From Eledone cirrhosa (Eukaryota), in contig OZ024750.1 in the NCBI GenBank assembly GCA_964016885.1, positions 1,178,001 to 1,242,000 of the forward strand: a stretch of 64,000 bases of DNA. Reading direction: 5' to 3'. The translations under genes and the position numbers were made by a program. This document shows positions 39,490 to 55,189 of the stretch, one piece after another; positions within the stretch are counted from its first letter, which is position 1, and each line of letters opens with the position of its first letter. The notes beneath the pieces were generated by a model that did no database searches, was not told where the DNA came from, and saw only the letters and a program-made list of their open reading frames with translations.

Positions 39490-42400
39490 GTATATATATA
39501 TATATCTGTGTGTACGCGTATCAAACAAAGAGAAGGAGACAAGAAACAGCGAAAGTTAAATGTGTTTCAAGAAGTAATTAAGATTTAAGTGGACCATCAC
39601 ACAAGGCCAGAACACATTGATCCGATAAACAATTTTGCAAAATAAACGTTTGCAAAATTAAAAAACAAATATTGACTAACGGCCAACGCAGAAATATCCC
39701 ACACAGCGTTCTTGATAAGAAGGCTCTCTTTGAGAAGAGATTAAACTAAATGTTTAAAAGAGAATTATGATTTATTAATATTTTATTCTTCTCAGCAATA
39801 ATGTTTTTTAAAAACGTCAAACTAAAAATAGAATAATATTCACCAAAAGGTATTTAGAATTCATTCTTGGTGGCAGAAGACATTATTAAAATGAATATAA
39901 AAAATAATTCTTATCATTTTTAACGACGCCCAAGTTTAATACTTCGCTGTCACAAGGGACTGTCGAATCTAGTCTAAATAGCATTGAATTGGGAGATCAC
40001 CCACCCTCTTTGGGGTGCGTGAGAGGTGTCTACTCTTGTGAAAATGGATATAACTTTCATTATGTAAAGTCTCCCTATTTTTCTCCATTTTTGGTGCACT
40101 TTCTTTCATGGTACTCGCCGTTTGGGTTTTAGAGGTTGGCAGGTCTACATTATGTTTATTTGCTTCCAAATTTATCTGCAGGTCGTTATCATTCCAAAGA
40201 TACTTGTATAAAAGGGATTGTGTTTGCTTTCAATCCACATATTACTTTTATGTCTGTATCCAGATCTTCACATTTGAATATTTCCTCCATTTCTGTCAAA
40301 CATATATTACCATACGACAATTAGGAAACATTTATTTTCCTGATGGTCTTTGATAATATTTTAGCTTAATCGCCCTGCTTTCACTTGTTCTGAATGGGAT
40401 TATATTGTTCTTTTCTATCTTTACATCCTTTCTTTTGCATCATTAGTATGCCAAATGCTGGAATATTCTTCAGCGTATGAAACCATTAGCTCTATTATGC
40501 TAGTTTAGACATTATGATTTGGCTAAAGAGCCAATGATTGTTCCTTCGCCTACTTCATATCTTCTACAATAATGTTTCATCCTATACTTCAGTATATGTT
40601 TTTATAACCATAACAGGTCATTAGTGCTATGCATAGATCATTCTCAGCTTTGTCAAGGGTTTGCCAATCTATTCTGAGTGCTTCAGTTTTACATTTTTAC
40701 ATATTCCTGGCATTCTTACACATCTTGGTTATGAACTCTTCTCTATTGCTACAGGCTTTTTTCTAGTGTCTCTTCAGTTTAAATTTTATTTTGCTTTTCA
40801 AAAATATATTCTGCTATCGATTTTTCATCCTCCCCACAGCCTTAGTTTCCTTTTTGTTACTTCCTTGAGACTGATAGCAGAAAACTATTTCTTAATTTAT
40901 TATTTTTTACTATAGTATTCTTATTGTTAATAACAGAATTTGCAGTAAGTACAACAAAGTGCAACTCAGTGTGTATTGAATAGTGCAATGTTTTCTCTTG
41001 TTTTTTTTTGTGTTCTACTATTGAAAGTACTTTACATAATGTTTACATGGGGCTCAGTAATATTATGTATTACCTAGTGGGTAATACATGATATCGATAA
41101 AATTAAGAACCAATAAAGCACTGGAGAAGATTTAATAGACTTGCTCCTTCCCTTCGAATTGCTGGCCTTGTGCCTAAACCAGAAACCATTATATTTATTA
41201 TTGAAGAAAGGTTTATCAATATTAATATAACTACTTTCATGTCCAGATTATATGATGGATAATTTCACTCTATATCTATGAGTACAGAGTTCGATAATGA
41301 ATTTGTTCTCTATATGGTACATGTGTATTCCAATAGGTTTATTCGCTGTATGCTAGGTATGTAGATCTGAAAATCCTGCTGTCATCGTTATTTAATATTC
41401 TATAATAACCCGGTCGATAAAATAAGTACTATATTTGTCATGTGATTGATCAATTAAATCGATTACATCTTTCTCAGGGAAAATATCTGTGACCTTGAGC
41501 AAAGTTATATAAGTTGAGGATGATAATGATGGTGGTGATTATAGTGGTGGTTATAATGATGGTTATGAAGACTATGATGATGATAACGTTGAGGACGACG
41601 AGTGGCAGGGGTTAAAGAAGGAAGAGAAGGATGGTAATGATGATGGTGATGGTTATGGATTAAGATCAGTTATAGAACGTGGAATTTCCACGAAACCCGT
41701 TTGTTTTGATAGTAGTATTGATCTTCTTCGAATGTGTATCTCTCTAAATGTATGTATATGTATATGTGTGTATATGTGTGTATATGTGTTATTTGGACAT
41801 GAAATATATTTGTGTGGTCAATAATATAACAAGAATAATATTCAAGTAATGTATATCAAACAAGAATCAAACAGGACAGTCGTATTATTGTTTGTGCTGT
41901 AATTATTATCTGAGAAGCAAAGGGTCTTATAAGCTTTCTCGTTCACCTTCAGCTCCGTGACCCAGTGCCGAGTAACAGATCGATTTACCGAGAATAGTTC
42001 ACTATTTTGAGAAGAAATATATTAAAATTATATTTCTTGCTCTGGCGATAAATTTTGATAAAGAGAATGTCAAAAATGCCTCAGTTAAGAAAAGGGTCAT
42101 CTTAATGCCTTCTCTTTAAAAGATAGCCATTGAAACTAAATCACATATTTCTCAAATATGATTATTATAACATGGTTCAATGTTCTTCCTTTTTTTTATA
42201 TAATCAATAAAATGTTTCAAAAATACATAATTTCTGAGATTTTCTACCTCTTAAATACTAATGAAGTATATTTTATTAATTTCAGTGAAAAGGAAGAAAA
42301 CACCAGGCGTATTTCGCTCGTATTAGATCTCTTTAGAGTGGTATAGATGCCACCATATTTGCTGAAGATGTGATGAAAGAATCATAGATGTACAAAATTT

Positions 42401-44367
42401 AATATCGGTAGATGTAAACAATATCATAGTATTAAAAGTTATCACCGGAATGATAAATTCTTTTAATATGTCATATGTCATGATAGTTTTATGAAGTTAA
42501 AATCTTTTCAATATTTTCCCATAAACTCTGAGTATGTAACAGATGTGTATAATCCCCATTATCATCATTTTCGAATGGAGAAAGTTTACAGTCTGCAAAA
42601 GACATATATAGTATACTGCTTCTCCTGGTTTATCATCAAAATATATATATTTGCATATGTATGTTACTCGCAGTATGTTCCACGATAAGATGGAATATCT
42701 CATCTCTAACAATCTTATTGAATTTGGAAAATATGATTTTTAACGAAAGACGTTAATATAAAAAGCTGCGTAATACCGTTTTTATGTGCTATGACATTAT
42801 TGGAAAAACATAAAAAATTTGTGTTAGCAATTTGACGATATAAACAGAAAAGAAAATATTCGACGAAGTAAGAATTCTCTTTCCATTATTGCACAATGCA
42901 ACTGTGGAAGGCATCACATTTAAAACTTGTTAGGCTTGATAAATCATTTCAAAAAATTTAAGACCAAGCTAAACTATAGATTTATTCATACAATCTTCGA
43001 AGAATTATAAAATATTCTGCTATAATCCGATTTGTATGTAAAGATAAATTTTCTTCACGTTATTGTCTTCAAAATTTCAATGTTTAATGTATTGTAAATA
43101 CTTGTAGAAATTCTCCACTCCAGAGCTTGATTGATTAAAGAGTTGAATGAAATTATTATTCAGATTGCTGAAAAATTTCTAGGTCATCAATAGGTGAATT
43201 TCTTTTCTTTCCCAAGCTGTTTAAGCGAAGAACTTTAGATACCTGTATATGATGATTGTTTCAATTGCAATATCAACCTCTAGAGAAATCAGACTACAAA
43301 CGTTGTCATGAATTTGACAGATACTATTAAAATATCTTTACTTTCGTGTGTAATCGTTCGATCTATCAGTTGAATTGGATATGATTGGTTATTAATGTTT
43401 CAATCACTGATTATAACATACGGTTTGATTGGAAACCATCTTGAAAGTAAACAAAAATTTACAGATTTATTCTCAGTCCTGTCAAAAGTGATTTACCAGT
43501 CATTATTAAAAGTTTGAATAGTTGTTTGGACGGTCGCTTTCTAAACTAAATGTCATAATTCTAGAGACTATATTGTCTTAAACCGTGACGATTTCATTGG
43601 CAGCATCTGTCTTCATTGTATTTACATCCCTATGGTTTCATGGACTCACAGTTATATTAGAGAAAAAAATTATATTATCTTTATATAAAATATTTACCAG
43701 CTGATCAATAAGTTATATGCATCTTAAAGAAATATTTCAAGAAAAGAGTAAGTCACTCCGTCTTAATCAGAATAAGATAAGATTCTTTTAAACTATAGCT
43801 GATCACTATATTTTAACCCAGTCCTAACATTTGTAAGTGTATCGTATTCTTGAAACAACAACATCATAAAAAACAATGAGTTGCTATTTTAGTTTTGCCC
43901 AATGTAGGCGTTTGAGTCATGATTATCCTCTCACTTTCTTGGTCATAGTATATCTAGAACTACATTATATTAGTAGGCCTGTGTAGGAAATAAGACCAAC
44001 GCCTCGCAAATAGTGGGAAGTATGCAACTGTCAAACAGATTTATATCAAATCGATTTCGCCCCCCGTAGTCGAAGATAACCGAGTTATAAAATTGAAAAA
44101 TTGCTTCTCCCTTACTCTGTGATAAATATATCACATTAGAATCTGAGAATAGTAAAACAAATTTTCAATTGATTAATAAATTGAACCAATATGTTCAAAA
44201 CCACACGATAGAGGATGTAATTTGTAGGAAACGAATATCGTCTGTATTCATCTCAAAATATCTCTGATACATGATGTGAAGTTTTGATAAAATCATTGTT
44301 TTCAGTCGTCATGAGAACCAAAGATTGTTGAAATTAATAATACGACCATTTAATGTGATACATTAAA

Positions 44368-44690
44368 TATACATGCATATGCCATACATATGTATACATG
44401 CATGTGCCATACATATGTATACATATGTATACATGCATATGCCATACATATATATACATGCATGTGCCATACATATGTATACATGCATATGCCATACATA
44501 TGTATACATGCATATGCCATACATATGTATACATGCATGTGCCATACATATGTATACATATGTATACATGCATATGCCATACATATGTATACATGCATAT
44601 GCCATACATATGTATACATGCATATGCCATACATATGTATACATGCATATGCCATACATATGTATACATGCATGTGCCATACATACATAC
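44368..44690. repeat. 25-bp minisatellite with occasional 10-bp inserts
   Basis: Unit ACATGCATRTGCCATACATATGTAT. Confidence 0.95.
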
Positions 44691-45680
44691 ATATGTACGA
44701 GAGCGAGTGTATAACTAAAATAAAACAATGTAATGCAGTCTGAGGATTCTATTGGACTTTATTAATAGAACTTTTGAATATATGGTGGTGCCTGAACTTT
44801 TTCGGACCACATCTGTCTATAAAACATTATCCTGAAGCATGGGCTCTACAACCATATGCAGGACAAGGATACAAGACATTTCAGTAATGGGTTTAACACT
44901 AAACCAAAGATTTCAATGAACATATCTTCACTCATAAAATCTCTTTAAGCAAACAAAGTTTCGACCTAGACGACGACGTTCACTTTACAAACTACTGGTA
45001 GAGTTCTGATTCATAAGTTTGTATTCTTACATTTGTCTGTGTTACATTACTGACAGATTAATAGGCTTTAGATAAACCGATGCAGTTATAAAAATAGTCG
45101 GAAAAGAATATAAACGGGGCATCAATAACGTGTTGAATCTCTCTGGACACGAAATAGAAACAAAATAGTCGCCACAAAGAAAATATCCACAGATTGCTGT
45201 AATCCTGATATTTAAAGAAGCAGTCATCAATCACAAAATACAAACAAAAGAAAATTTAGAAACAGCACGGGAACACGAAAGATGTAATTCTAAACAGCAG
45301 ATTGAATAAACTGAAATTAAAGACGAACAACTCAAATATAAACTGACATTGTGTATTGGCAAACAGTTAGCAAACAGTAAGGTAATGATCCCAGTTGTCT
45401 GTTGTAGTTGTATTGTAAAAAGTAAATGTCAAACTAACAACATAACAAAGCATACGACTAAAATGGCGAAGATTACTGAAGAGTTACGAGAAAGACAAAT
45501 GAAGGCGAGATCATCAAGAGGTCCTGCTGGAATCAAGATATGAAATCGAAGTACTGAATTGAAGATCATGAACATGATACAATGCTTCAATACAGTTCCA
45601 CCAAACTATTTATAATCTATTGAATTGTTTAACTACATTTCATATCCACCTATCCAAACACACATACGTACCTACATACA

Positions 45681-45760
<80 letters not shown>

Positions 45761-46808
45761 CATATATATGGCTCCATACTGCATGTTTATGTATATAGTT
45801 GGTCTCGCTGCATGTAAGCTAACTCAGTATCGAGCTAGGAGCGGTTTATACATACATGTATTTTTGAATCGTTTGTAGCCCGTCCTGACATTGATTGCTG
45901 ACAAGGAATTAACGATTCTATACATTATACATTACAATAGAAAAAGAAATTGTATGACGTATAGATCCAAGCATACAAATGTTATTAAAGACACCTTAAA
46001 GTATAAGGAAGTGAAATCTATATTTTATGTGTAAAGTAAAAAAACCCTTTAACGTTTTATGGACAGCTGAGGAAGCTTACAGCTTTTTACAGTGAAAGGG
46101 TAAAAAATGAAGAGCATATAACCTACTGAGTTTCCTAACACATATCAAAATCAACCACATTAATAATCTGTTGAACTCTGGATGGACTCAGGAAAGAATA
46201 GCAGGAGATGTTATACTACACAGAAACATAAAGAATAATTTTATCCTAAAGGATGTATGTTATTATTTTCGAGAGGTTATACAGTATATAGAAAATATTA
46301 TAATAGATATTCAACAAGATTAAATGATGTAGAACAAAACATAATCTTAAATTTCTAGGAAATCTTACATATTTACCACATGAATCATATGGATTCTCAA
46401 ACTTTAAAAAATAAAATGAAAATGAAAAATCGAAGTCAAAAGACATTAATTATAATTTCTAAAGACGTCACACATTTTATATTGAGAGCCATGAAATATG
46501 TTTTTAGTATATTTCTGCTTCCCCCCATATCATGTAAATACACTAGAAATAGCTGGAGTGAGAGGCAAAATATATTAGAACCGTGGACGAATATATCATT
46601 AATAACAGTCGTTGATTATAGAAATGAAATCTACAAATAGGTATATATAAAGATAAGTTAATGCTTGCTTATATCTAATATAACTAGGACAGAATCAGCT
46701 TGATAATATATCTTGAGATTGTGGAAATATACATAAGTACTGTTCTGATATTTGCAGGATGAGTAAATATATCAAAATGTTTATAGACTACATCTGTGAA
46801 CCACTGTA

Positions 46809-46877
46809 TTATGCTTGCCATGTGATTATGCTTGCCATGTGATTATGCTTGCCATGTGATTATGCTTGCCATGTGAT
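46809..46877. repeat. 17-bp tandem repeat, 4 copies
   Basis: TTATGCTTGCCATGTGA repeated four times. Confidence 0.95.
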
Positions 46878-47415
46878 TTTTCTCTTTCTCAAATATAATA
46901 TCAGCTTTATCATGAGAATTTATCACATGCATAAGGTTATTTACAAACCTACCACGAAGAAAAAACAAACAAGTATAGCCTATCTTAGTTTATGAGAAAC
47001 GAACAAAATAATCCTCGAGCAATGTATTCATGTCCTCATAATTTAGAGGAGGGACATTTATGGCAGGATTTAAGATGTTTTCCCCGAAATGTTGGTTCAT
47101 GACAAAAGTAATATAAAGGTATTTGCAAAAATACTCACTTACACAAAATCTGAAAGAATGTTGTTCATGTTTTCTCTTGTTTTGGTAGTGATTTGTCACC
47201 ATAAATATCAATCACCTTGAATCGACAATCGATTGGTCGTGACACGTGTATGTCATGACGAATACCTGTGATTAGACTCTGAACCAGGTGAGCCCGGGAG
47301 ACAGACGTCACTCTAAATATTAATCGTCGTGATCCGAAAATCAATGGGTCATGAAACATGCGGGTTATGAATAAAACCTGTGATGGGTCTCTGAACCAGG
47401 TGAGACCGGGAGACT

Positions 47416-47612
47416 ATAGCGAAGGAAATGTGGTAAGGAACCAGATGGACCATAACGCACCAGAGTACTCAATACTTAGGGTAGTAGAGTGGGTAATAGG
47501 AAAAAGTATTACCCCGACGGCAGAGCTCAAGCCGTTTCGACGGCTATTTCTGTCCAGAAATAGCCGTCGAAACGGCTTGAGCTCTGCCGTCGGGATCATA
47601 CTTTTTCCTATA
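47416..47612 (-). mobile_element. Family A element with near-perfect fold-back
   Basis: CCGACGGCAGAGCTCAAGCCGTTTCGACGGCTATTTCTG-tc-CAGAAATAGCCGTCGAAACGGCTTGAGCTCTGCCGTCGG. Confidence 0.88.
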
Positions 47613-47726
47613 TATTAAATATATATATATTGTTAGCTTTTAACTTTTGTTCCATGACTATGGACTTTTGTATGATTCTCTCCATTATGTTGCTTATTTT
47701 CCTACTTCTTGTGGCTATCATGATGT

Positions 47727-47798
<72 letters not shown>

Positions 47799-49347
47799 CA
47801 TATACAGATACTCTCTCTCTCTCTATATATATATATTAGATATTATATCCTATCTATGCCATCAACTGCCTGTTGGGTCGTTGGGCACTCTCACTAATTA
47901 AATATTTTAAGTAGATTTACTAAAACCGCCCTCCCTAGGTTCATGCGTAACCATCGACTATACACACACACACTGTATATATGTACACACACACACATAT
48001 ATATGTTAACGTTTCCCTTTACAAACATGAGGAATGCGTGCTCAGTACCTAGGTAGAGAATATTATAGATTGACAATATTACTGAGATTTAGTTGTGGCT
48101 GTTGCTACTCTGATTGCTACTCAGATTGCCGCAGATCACACGTGATCAGCATCAATTTTCTGGCCATTTTAAATCTGGGGGAACCCATCTCCACCAATTT
48201 TTCCTGCATAATTTATTTCTTCAGTTTCATTCATCCCCTCTCCTCCCTTTCATGGAAAAACATTTTGTAAATAATCACAAAAACTTAACTGGCAAAATGC
48301 TATCTTTATGATAGTGGGTTAGCACTGGCTTAAATAAAAGTAAACGATGACACAAAAAAAAATTCAGATAATGGATTAAGTTCGTACCTTTTATTGTGTT
48401 AAAGTAAAATGATTCCCACAAAAAAACAAAAGAAAATGTTTGTGAGTGTTTAATAGTTCGTGTACAGTGAATGGCCCTTCGATAACAAGTTGCAGAAAAA
48501 TACTCCACTTTTCCATAATGTTATGAGAATTATCATATCCATATATTTTTTTACAAGCTCCTTGAAATTGATGAAAATATACAATATGATATATAATATA
48601 AAGTATAATGACGCTATTACCTAGCTATCATATATAGCATACTGGCATTATTACCTTGAATGCCTAAAATAAATATATATAATAATATTATTATAGTTAT
48701 AGGGAAAATATGGCATTCAGAAATTTGTCTATACAAACATTCTGAATTTCAGAATGTTTATATAGTCATGTATTTAGTATAAAACTATTAGTTAGGCACT
48801 CGAAAAAACATCCAAAAATATTGATATAACTTAAAAAAACATTGTTTCCTAGCTTAGTGAGAATACCCAACAAAAATATATTAAACGATCGTAAATTATT
48901 TCGAATATTACAGATAGCAGTTTGAGAAACACTTACTATAGAAATGGATTTAAATCGCGGAAAGAAAAAAATATAGTTGAAAGTAATTTTCTACAAAATA
49001 TTTTTGAATTTAACGCTATTCATGAAACACTAGATAAAACTAGAGAGAAATCCTCCAAGAGGATTACTTGAGAGAACAAACAAAGCATCAATGGAAATTG
49101 CTATAAATTGGACAATAAAATAAGCCTGAATAAGAAATGTAATTTATTATACAGTATTAACAATATATCATATAACCTATTTACTATAATGGCGGATGGC
49201 GTTTTTTTAAATATTTTGAAATGACAAAAATATGATGATTACTTGCGGTTGAGATAATGAATATATTTTTTGTTAATTTTCATGTTTACTGTAGACTATT
49301 TTTCAGTAAAAAATATAGAGAAGTGTAAAAATACAGCTAAGGTGTTA

Positions 49348-49436
<89 letters not shown>

Positions 49437-50218
49437 AGATTTCATTCTTGTTTACGACCATAGAAATACAAGTATGGAAATTGATCTAATTATTATTCTC
49501 ATTGTTTGCATTTTTGATCCAAGTATTATGGGTATACACTTTTACCTTGTGATCAATCGATATTTTTTCTGTACTAGCTCCATGAACAGAGAATACCGAC
49601 CTCGTAAATATCCTTTAACGGACGTATAATAATCTAACATCATAAAACGGCTCAGATATTAGCAGACTAAAGATACAACCACTACAGATATTAGCAGACT
49701 TATGGTAACAGCGATCTTGGAAACCTCTATAGGTTATTAGAGCTGGTAGAAATAACAGCCAAATCTCTATAAAATAGAATGGTCCACCAGTGGATGTAGT
49801 CTGTGTTATACACAATGGATAATGTTTCAATAGTTTCAGAGACTCAAAATACTCAAATATATTTCTAAGATAAAATTACATAATAATAAAGAATTTAATA
49901 TTTAGTAAAACCTATAAAAATAGAAAGTAGTAATGGAAAACACTATAAATGAAATGATTTTAGATGATGCCTTTAACTATAGATCTCTTCAATCATGCTC
50001 ATCCTGGGCTAAACCTTCAAGTTGGTCCCCCAACGTAGCCTCAGTCTAATGATTGAAACCAGTAAAACAATAAAATAGTATATCTCATAAACTATCATAC
50101 ATGTTTGTGTTAGTACTTCCCTCATCAACGGAACACATGGCATGTTTGAAGTTAGTTGTTGACTGTCTAATCTTTATATACACTCGCAGTTGTTTTAGTT
50201 GTTGTTGTTATCGTTGTA

Positions 50219-50421
50219 AAGTTGTAAACCAAAAATAAATTGCTTATTTGTTAAAATGTTCCCATAAATACGCACGCACACATACATATATATACATAAA
50301 TACACACATATATATATATATGCATAAATACATATATATACACACACACACATATATATATGCATAAATACATATATATACACACACACACATATATATA
50401 TATGCATAAATACATATATAT

Positions 50422-50489
<68 letters not shown>

Positions 50490-50602
50490 GTATTTATGTA
50501 TATATATATATATATGTATTTATGTATATATATGTATGTGTGTGTGTGTGTATTTATGGGAACATTTTAACAAATAAGCAATTTATTTTGGGTTTACAAC
50601 TT
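50219..50602. repeat. Inverted repeat (~50 bp unique arms) around a microsatellite spacer
   Basis: AAGTTGTAAACCAAAAATAAATTGCTTATTTGTTAAAATGTTCCCATAAATAC and its reverse complement with about one mismatch. Confidence 0.93.
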
Positions 50603-53600
50603 ATATATATATATATACATAAATACACACACACACGCACTCACTCACACATATGTATATATATAGAGAGAGACATGTATATATGTATCTCAGTACACAG
50701 ATATCTAATAAATTACTTTTTTCAGAGATATAACATGTAAGTAAGATATTTTCCACAACGGATATTATTTCTGAGGTGTTCTCGTCTATATGTTTGCAAT
50801 CAAAGGAAAGAATGAAATATTTCATAAACACATGTCAATACTGAGATTTGATCAAACTTCTAGAATAAATTATTGCTATAACACGCTGAGAAAAGGTAAA
50901 TCGTATCGCCAGAGGCCGTTTGAATATTATTTTAATATCGTTTCATAAAGAACGATGTCAAAGAAATAACATGATGTAAAAAATATATTACTACGAAAGA
51001 AAATACAAATATTTACGGTGATACATGTACTTCCACTAAAATACTGAAGAGTTATTGAACTATTTTAATGAAAACATTAAATAAATCTCTCAACAGAGAT
51101 TTTCAATGTGAGATGATTTTGGTTGGACGAGAAAAAAGAGGTTTTGAAGTGGATTTCAAGACGGTTGTCATTTTTACAGTTTTACAGAAGCAAATCTTTT
51201 GAGATGTTAATAAATTTATATTTGAAATATTTTGTATTCTTCAAATTGTGAGTCTCGATCGTTGCCCCATGAGTGTAAAAATAGCATCATGTTTAAATGT
51301 TAGAATTAGTAGAACGCTGAACAAAATACTAGGTGGTATTTTCGTATGTAATATTACCTTCTGAATTCTTGTTTCTGATTAATTTTGTCTTTCATCATCG
51401 TGAAAGTAAGTAGCAATTGATAAGTAGCAGAGGTTATGTTGCTAAGTATTCCCAAGACAACAGTGTCTCTGAAGGTCACAGTTCATTAAAAGAGTATATG
51501 TACGAACAATTTCATAGATCGTTGTAATTACGTCCCATTGGCTATGAACGTGTCATAACAATTAAGGAATTGGACATAGTTACCTTATAGATAATGAATA
51601 AAAGACGGGAAAAAGGACTTAAATCTACAATAATATCATAGTAATAAAATCTATATCAGTTATGCTAGACTTGTAGGGAAGATATAAATTCCATCACTGA
51701 TAATACCCTTAAGATATCTACGAGATATCACTTTCCAAAGATAGAAGAGATTGTGATAGTCCATAGAAAGGCTTATGTTAATCAAAAGAAGAGAATTACA
51801 TTTAACAAAAGGTGTCTAAGCATCTAAATGATATTATGTAGCTATACGAATAATACAGCTACTCAAATCGGTTACAATACACTTCACATTTCCCTGTATG
51901 AAAAATAATGAGATAACATACTTTTATAGAAATCAGCCGCACAATAAATGTGAATAAACCTTTTAAAGAAAAACAATAATGCCGAATAAATTCAGACCCT
52001 GAAGCTGTTATCATATTTATTATTCGTGGCCAGAACTATTAGTTCAACACAATACGTAATAGAATGATTTCCTAATAGCAAAATAAACGTTAGTGTTATG
52101 TAAATAAGAAAGAATAAGTTAGTAAAAGAGTAGACTGGCGGATTGGAAGAATCGTTGCAGCATCGAATAAAATAATTTGCGAAATTTGTTCTGGTTCTTT
52201 ATATTCTAAATTCAAAACATATCGAGATTAACCTTGTCTGTTATTTGTACGGAAATGATAAAGTATCATTTAAATAATTGTGTCAATTAATCGATTAGCT
52301 TTATCACTTTATCAGTCTCTCTATATTTATCTCTATTAGACTTGGTTATATTGTGATATGAGAAAACTTGGAGGAGCTGCTCATAGTGACTCATTATTCC
52401 GAAATGGAGAAAGCACGATCGAGGGTCTAACAATATCTCATCGAAAATCTGTCAGTACCTGTCCGGACTGGATCAGTGAGCAATACAGCACAGGATATAA
52501 TATAGAGCAAAGTTGATCTTAAAGGAATAGCTACTTGAAATCGATTGAGACATGCATATTGAACAGAAACGAGCGAGAATGCATCTGCTTTAAACTATAG
52601 CAATGTTAATAAGAAATATGACAATATGACACATAGATCAATATTTAATCATAGATACACACAGCCTGAAACATTGGGAGGGGGGTTACCGCGTGGATGC
52701 CGTTCACTAAAGATCTACTCAATCAATGCTAACCTGGGACTAAACAATGAAATATATTCGTATAAAACACCTAAAATTCTACAAAATGTCTCCAGATATT
52801 CCTGTAGTCTAGATTTCTGTTTGTTGAATAGAAAACATCTAAATGTTGATTTCTTCTAAGGCTACAAGCTAAATAGCTGTAACTTTGTTATATTGTTATA
52901 TACCCACTCTTTGCAACCTATGCTTATACGACTTTTCTATATTTCCACAAAATATAACTTCATGTGAATATACCGCACATATATCCTCCCACCATTTCAG
53001 TTACTCCTATACTACAACTTCGATCCAATTCCAATCAATCACATAAAAACCTGACTCAGCAACAACAGATTGAACGTAGCACGGGCCTAATCCTCGACCC
53101 TTTCGATTTTACAAGCAACACCAAAGAACAGTAAATAGCACGAGTCCCAAGTAACAGCATAAACACACCAGACAACCAGACAAACCTACTAGACAAATAT
53201 ACTGAAATACCTGATGAATTAAAGAGAAAGAATGATAGAGAGAGGGGGAGAGACGGAGAGAGAGAAAGAGTGAGGGAAAGAATGTGGGAGAGAGAGAGAG
53301 GGGAGAGTGGGAGAGAGAGAGAATGTGGGAGAGAGAGAGAAAGAGAGGAAAGTAAAGAAAAACAGAGTTGGAGAGAGAACGTGTGAAAGAGTAAGAGTTA
53401 TAGAAAGTAACGAAGCATTGTTAACATACAAAATCTGTTCATAAAAAGAGCAAGCAAATCATACATTCCAATCTTGTATCAACATCAACAAGACTAATAT
53501 CAACTTCTATAAAGCGAACTATAACAATAAGATCTGTATCAATATCTACAATATCCTGATTACTACTACGAAGTCTAAACAGACCAAAAACTACTGGCGT

Positions 53601-53856
53601 CTACATGTTGATTCCAGCTGCTGTATAACTGAAACAAAGTGGAGAATATTGGTTAATAATGTAAGCACGTTCATCTGAAGAATCATTATAACGTCCACCA
53701 TATTCCACGGGGAGTAATTATTTTACGTTCTTGAAATTCAACTAATGTCAAATTTCACTTTCATCCTTCCAAGTCAATTTCTCTTTCTAACTACACACAC
53801 ACATAAATAGTAATAATAATTTCAAAGACCAAAGTCCGAAGAGGGCTCGATAAGGA

Positions 53857-53885
<29 letters not shown>

Positions 53886-53887
<2 letters not shown>

Positions 53888-54066
53888 ACGGAGGAAAAGT
53901 GGTAAGGAACCAGGTGGACAATAACGCACCAAAGTACTCAATACTTAGGGTAGTAGAGTGGGTAATAGGAACGAGTAGGACCCCGACGGCTGAGCTCAAG
54001 CCGTTTCGTCCAGAATTAGCCGTCGAAACGGCTCGAGCTCAGCCGTCGGGGTCCTACTCGTTCCTA
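53886..54066 (-). mobile_element. Family A element with fold-back, between (TA)n tracts
   Basis: TAGGAACGAGTAGGACCCCGACGGCTGAGCTC ... GAGCTCAGCCGTCGGGGTCCTACTCGTTCCTA. Confidence 0.88.
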
Positions 54067-54176
54067 TATATATATATATATATATATAAACCCATAGAGA
54101 AAATATTTTTTTTTATTAGTACAGATTAAAATTTAAGCAAAGAACTTCTGCTTTTACCCTAATACGGGATCTTCTG

Positions 54177-54222
<46 letters not shown>

Positions 54223-55083
54223 TTTATTATAGGCGTGATAGTTTGATTGGAGCATTGTGGAATGTGAAACTGAAAAGTGAATATGTTTAGAAAGCTGTAC
54301 AAAGGGTTAAATTACCAAAGTAACAAGCCAGAGGGGAATCAAGTCATTCTTCCTTTTCTTTTACTTCTTCTCCCAGGTCTTGCTTTTTACTCCTACTCTC
54401 TAAACTCCCTTCTGTTACCTGGTACAACAATTAGATAATATTGTATAGTAACAATCACACTTATTTTACTGCGGAGAAACAGACAATTTCTGTCGACCTC
54501 ATACAGATGGAAAATGAAGTCAACCTATGTTTTGAAATCAAGATATTAAGAATTAAAATATCATTTTGCAACAAAATTCTTAATGAAATTCACAACATTT
54601 AGTAATTTATAGCTTCAAGTATTATTTCTAAAACGGAACAATCAAATTAGTTTTAAAAGTAATCAATCAAAGCAGCATCGATGCAGAAGAAATACGAAAC
54701 TTTCATATATCAAGTAAGAATCTATATTTATATTCAGATTCAATTACTATTTATCCATAGTTAAAATTAGACAGACGAAAGTGAATGGCAAAAAAGACAA
54801 GCATCTTATGAAAACCAACTGCCATGTTAATACGAGATAAAACGGCTGAAATGTTTATAGGCTGGAAAGTTCATAGGCTGACCAAGTTACTCTCATGGAA
54901 TGACCAAGTGAGGTTTACTTTTCATATATACAAACATACAAATATATATATATATTTGTATATATATATACATATATATTCATTATAAGAACAGATTAAA
55001 GTTTAAGCAAAGAATTGGTGCTTTCACCCTTAACGGTATCTTCTGAAACAGTATATACATATATATATGTTTGTATATATATA

Positions 55084-55189
<106 letters not shown>

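Noticed and set aside
39990-40900. Possible LINE ORF1/zinc-knuckle remnant on the minus strand (also 20700-21320)
   Set aside because: Strand-biased composition suggests it, but no intact motif could be read.
42282-42346. Possible small exon (TTTCAG...GTATAG)
   Set aside because: Weak donor, no recognisable product, and such signals are frequent in AT-rich DNA.
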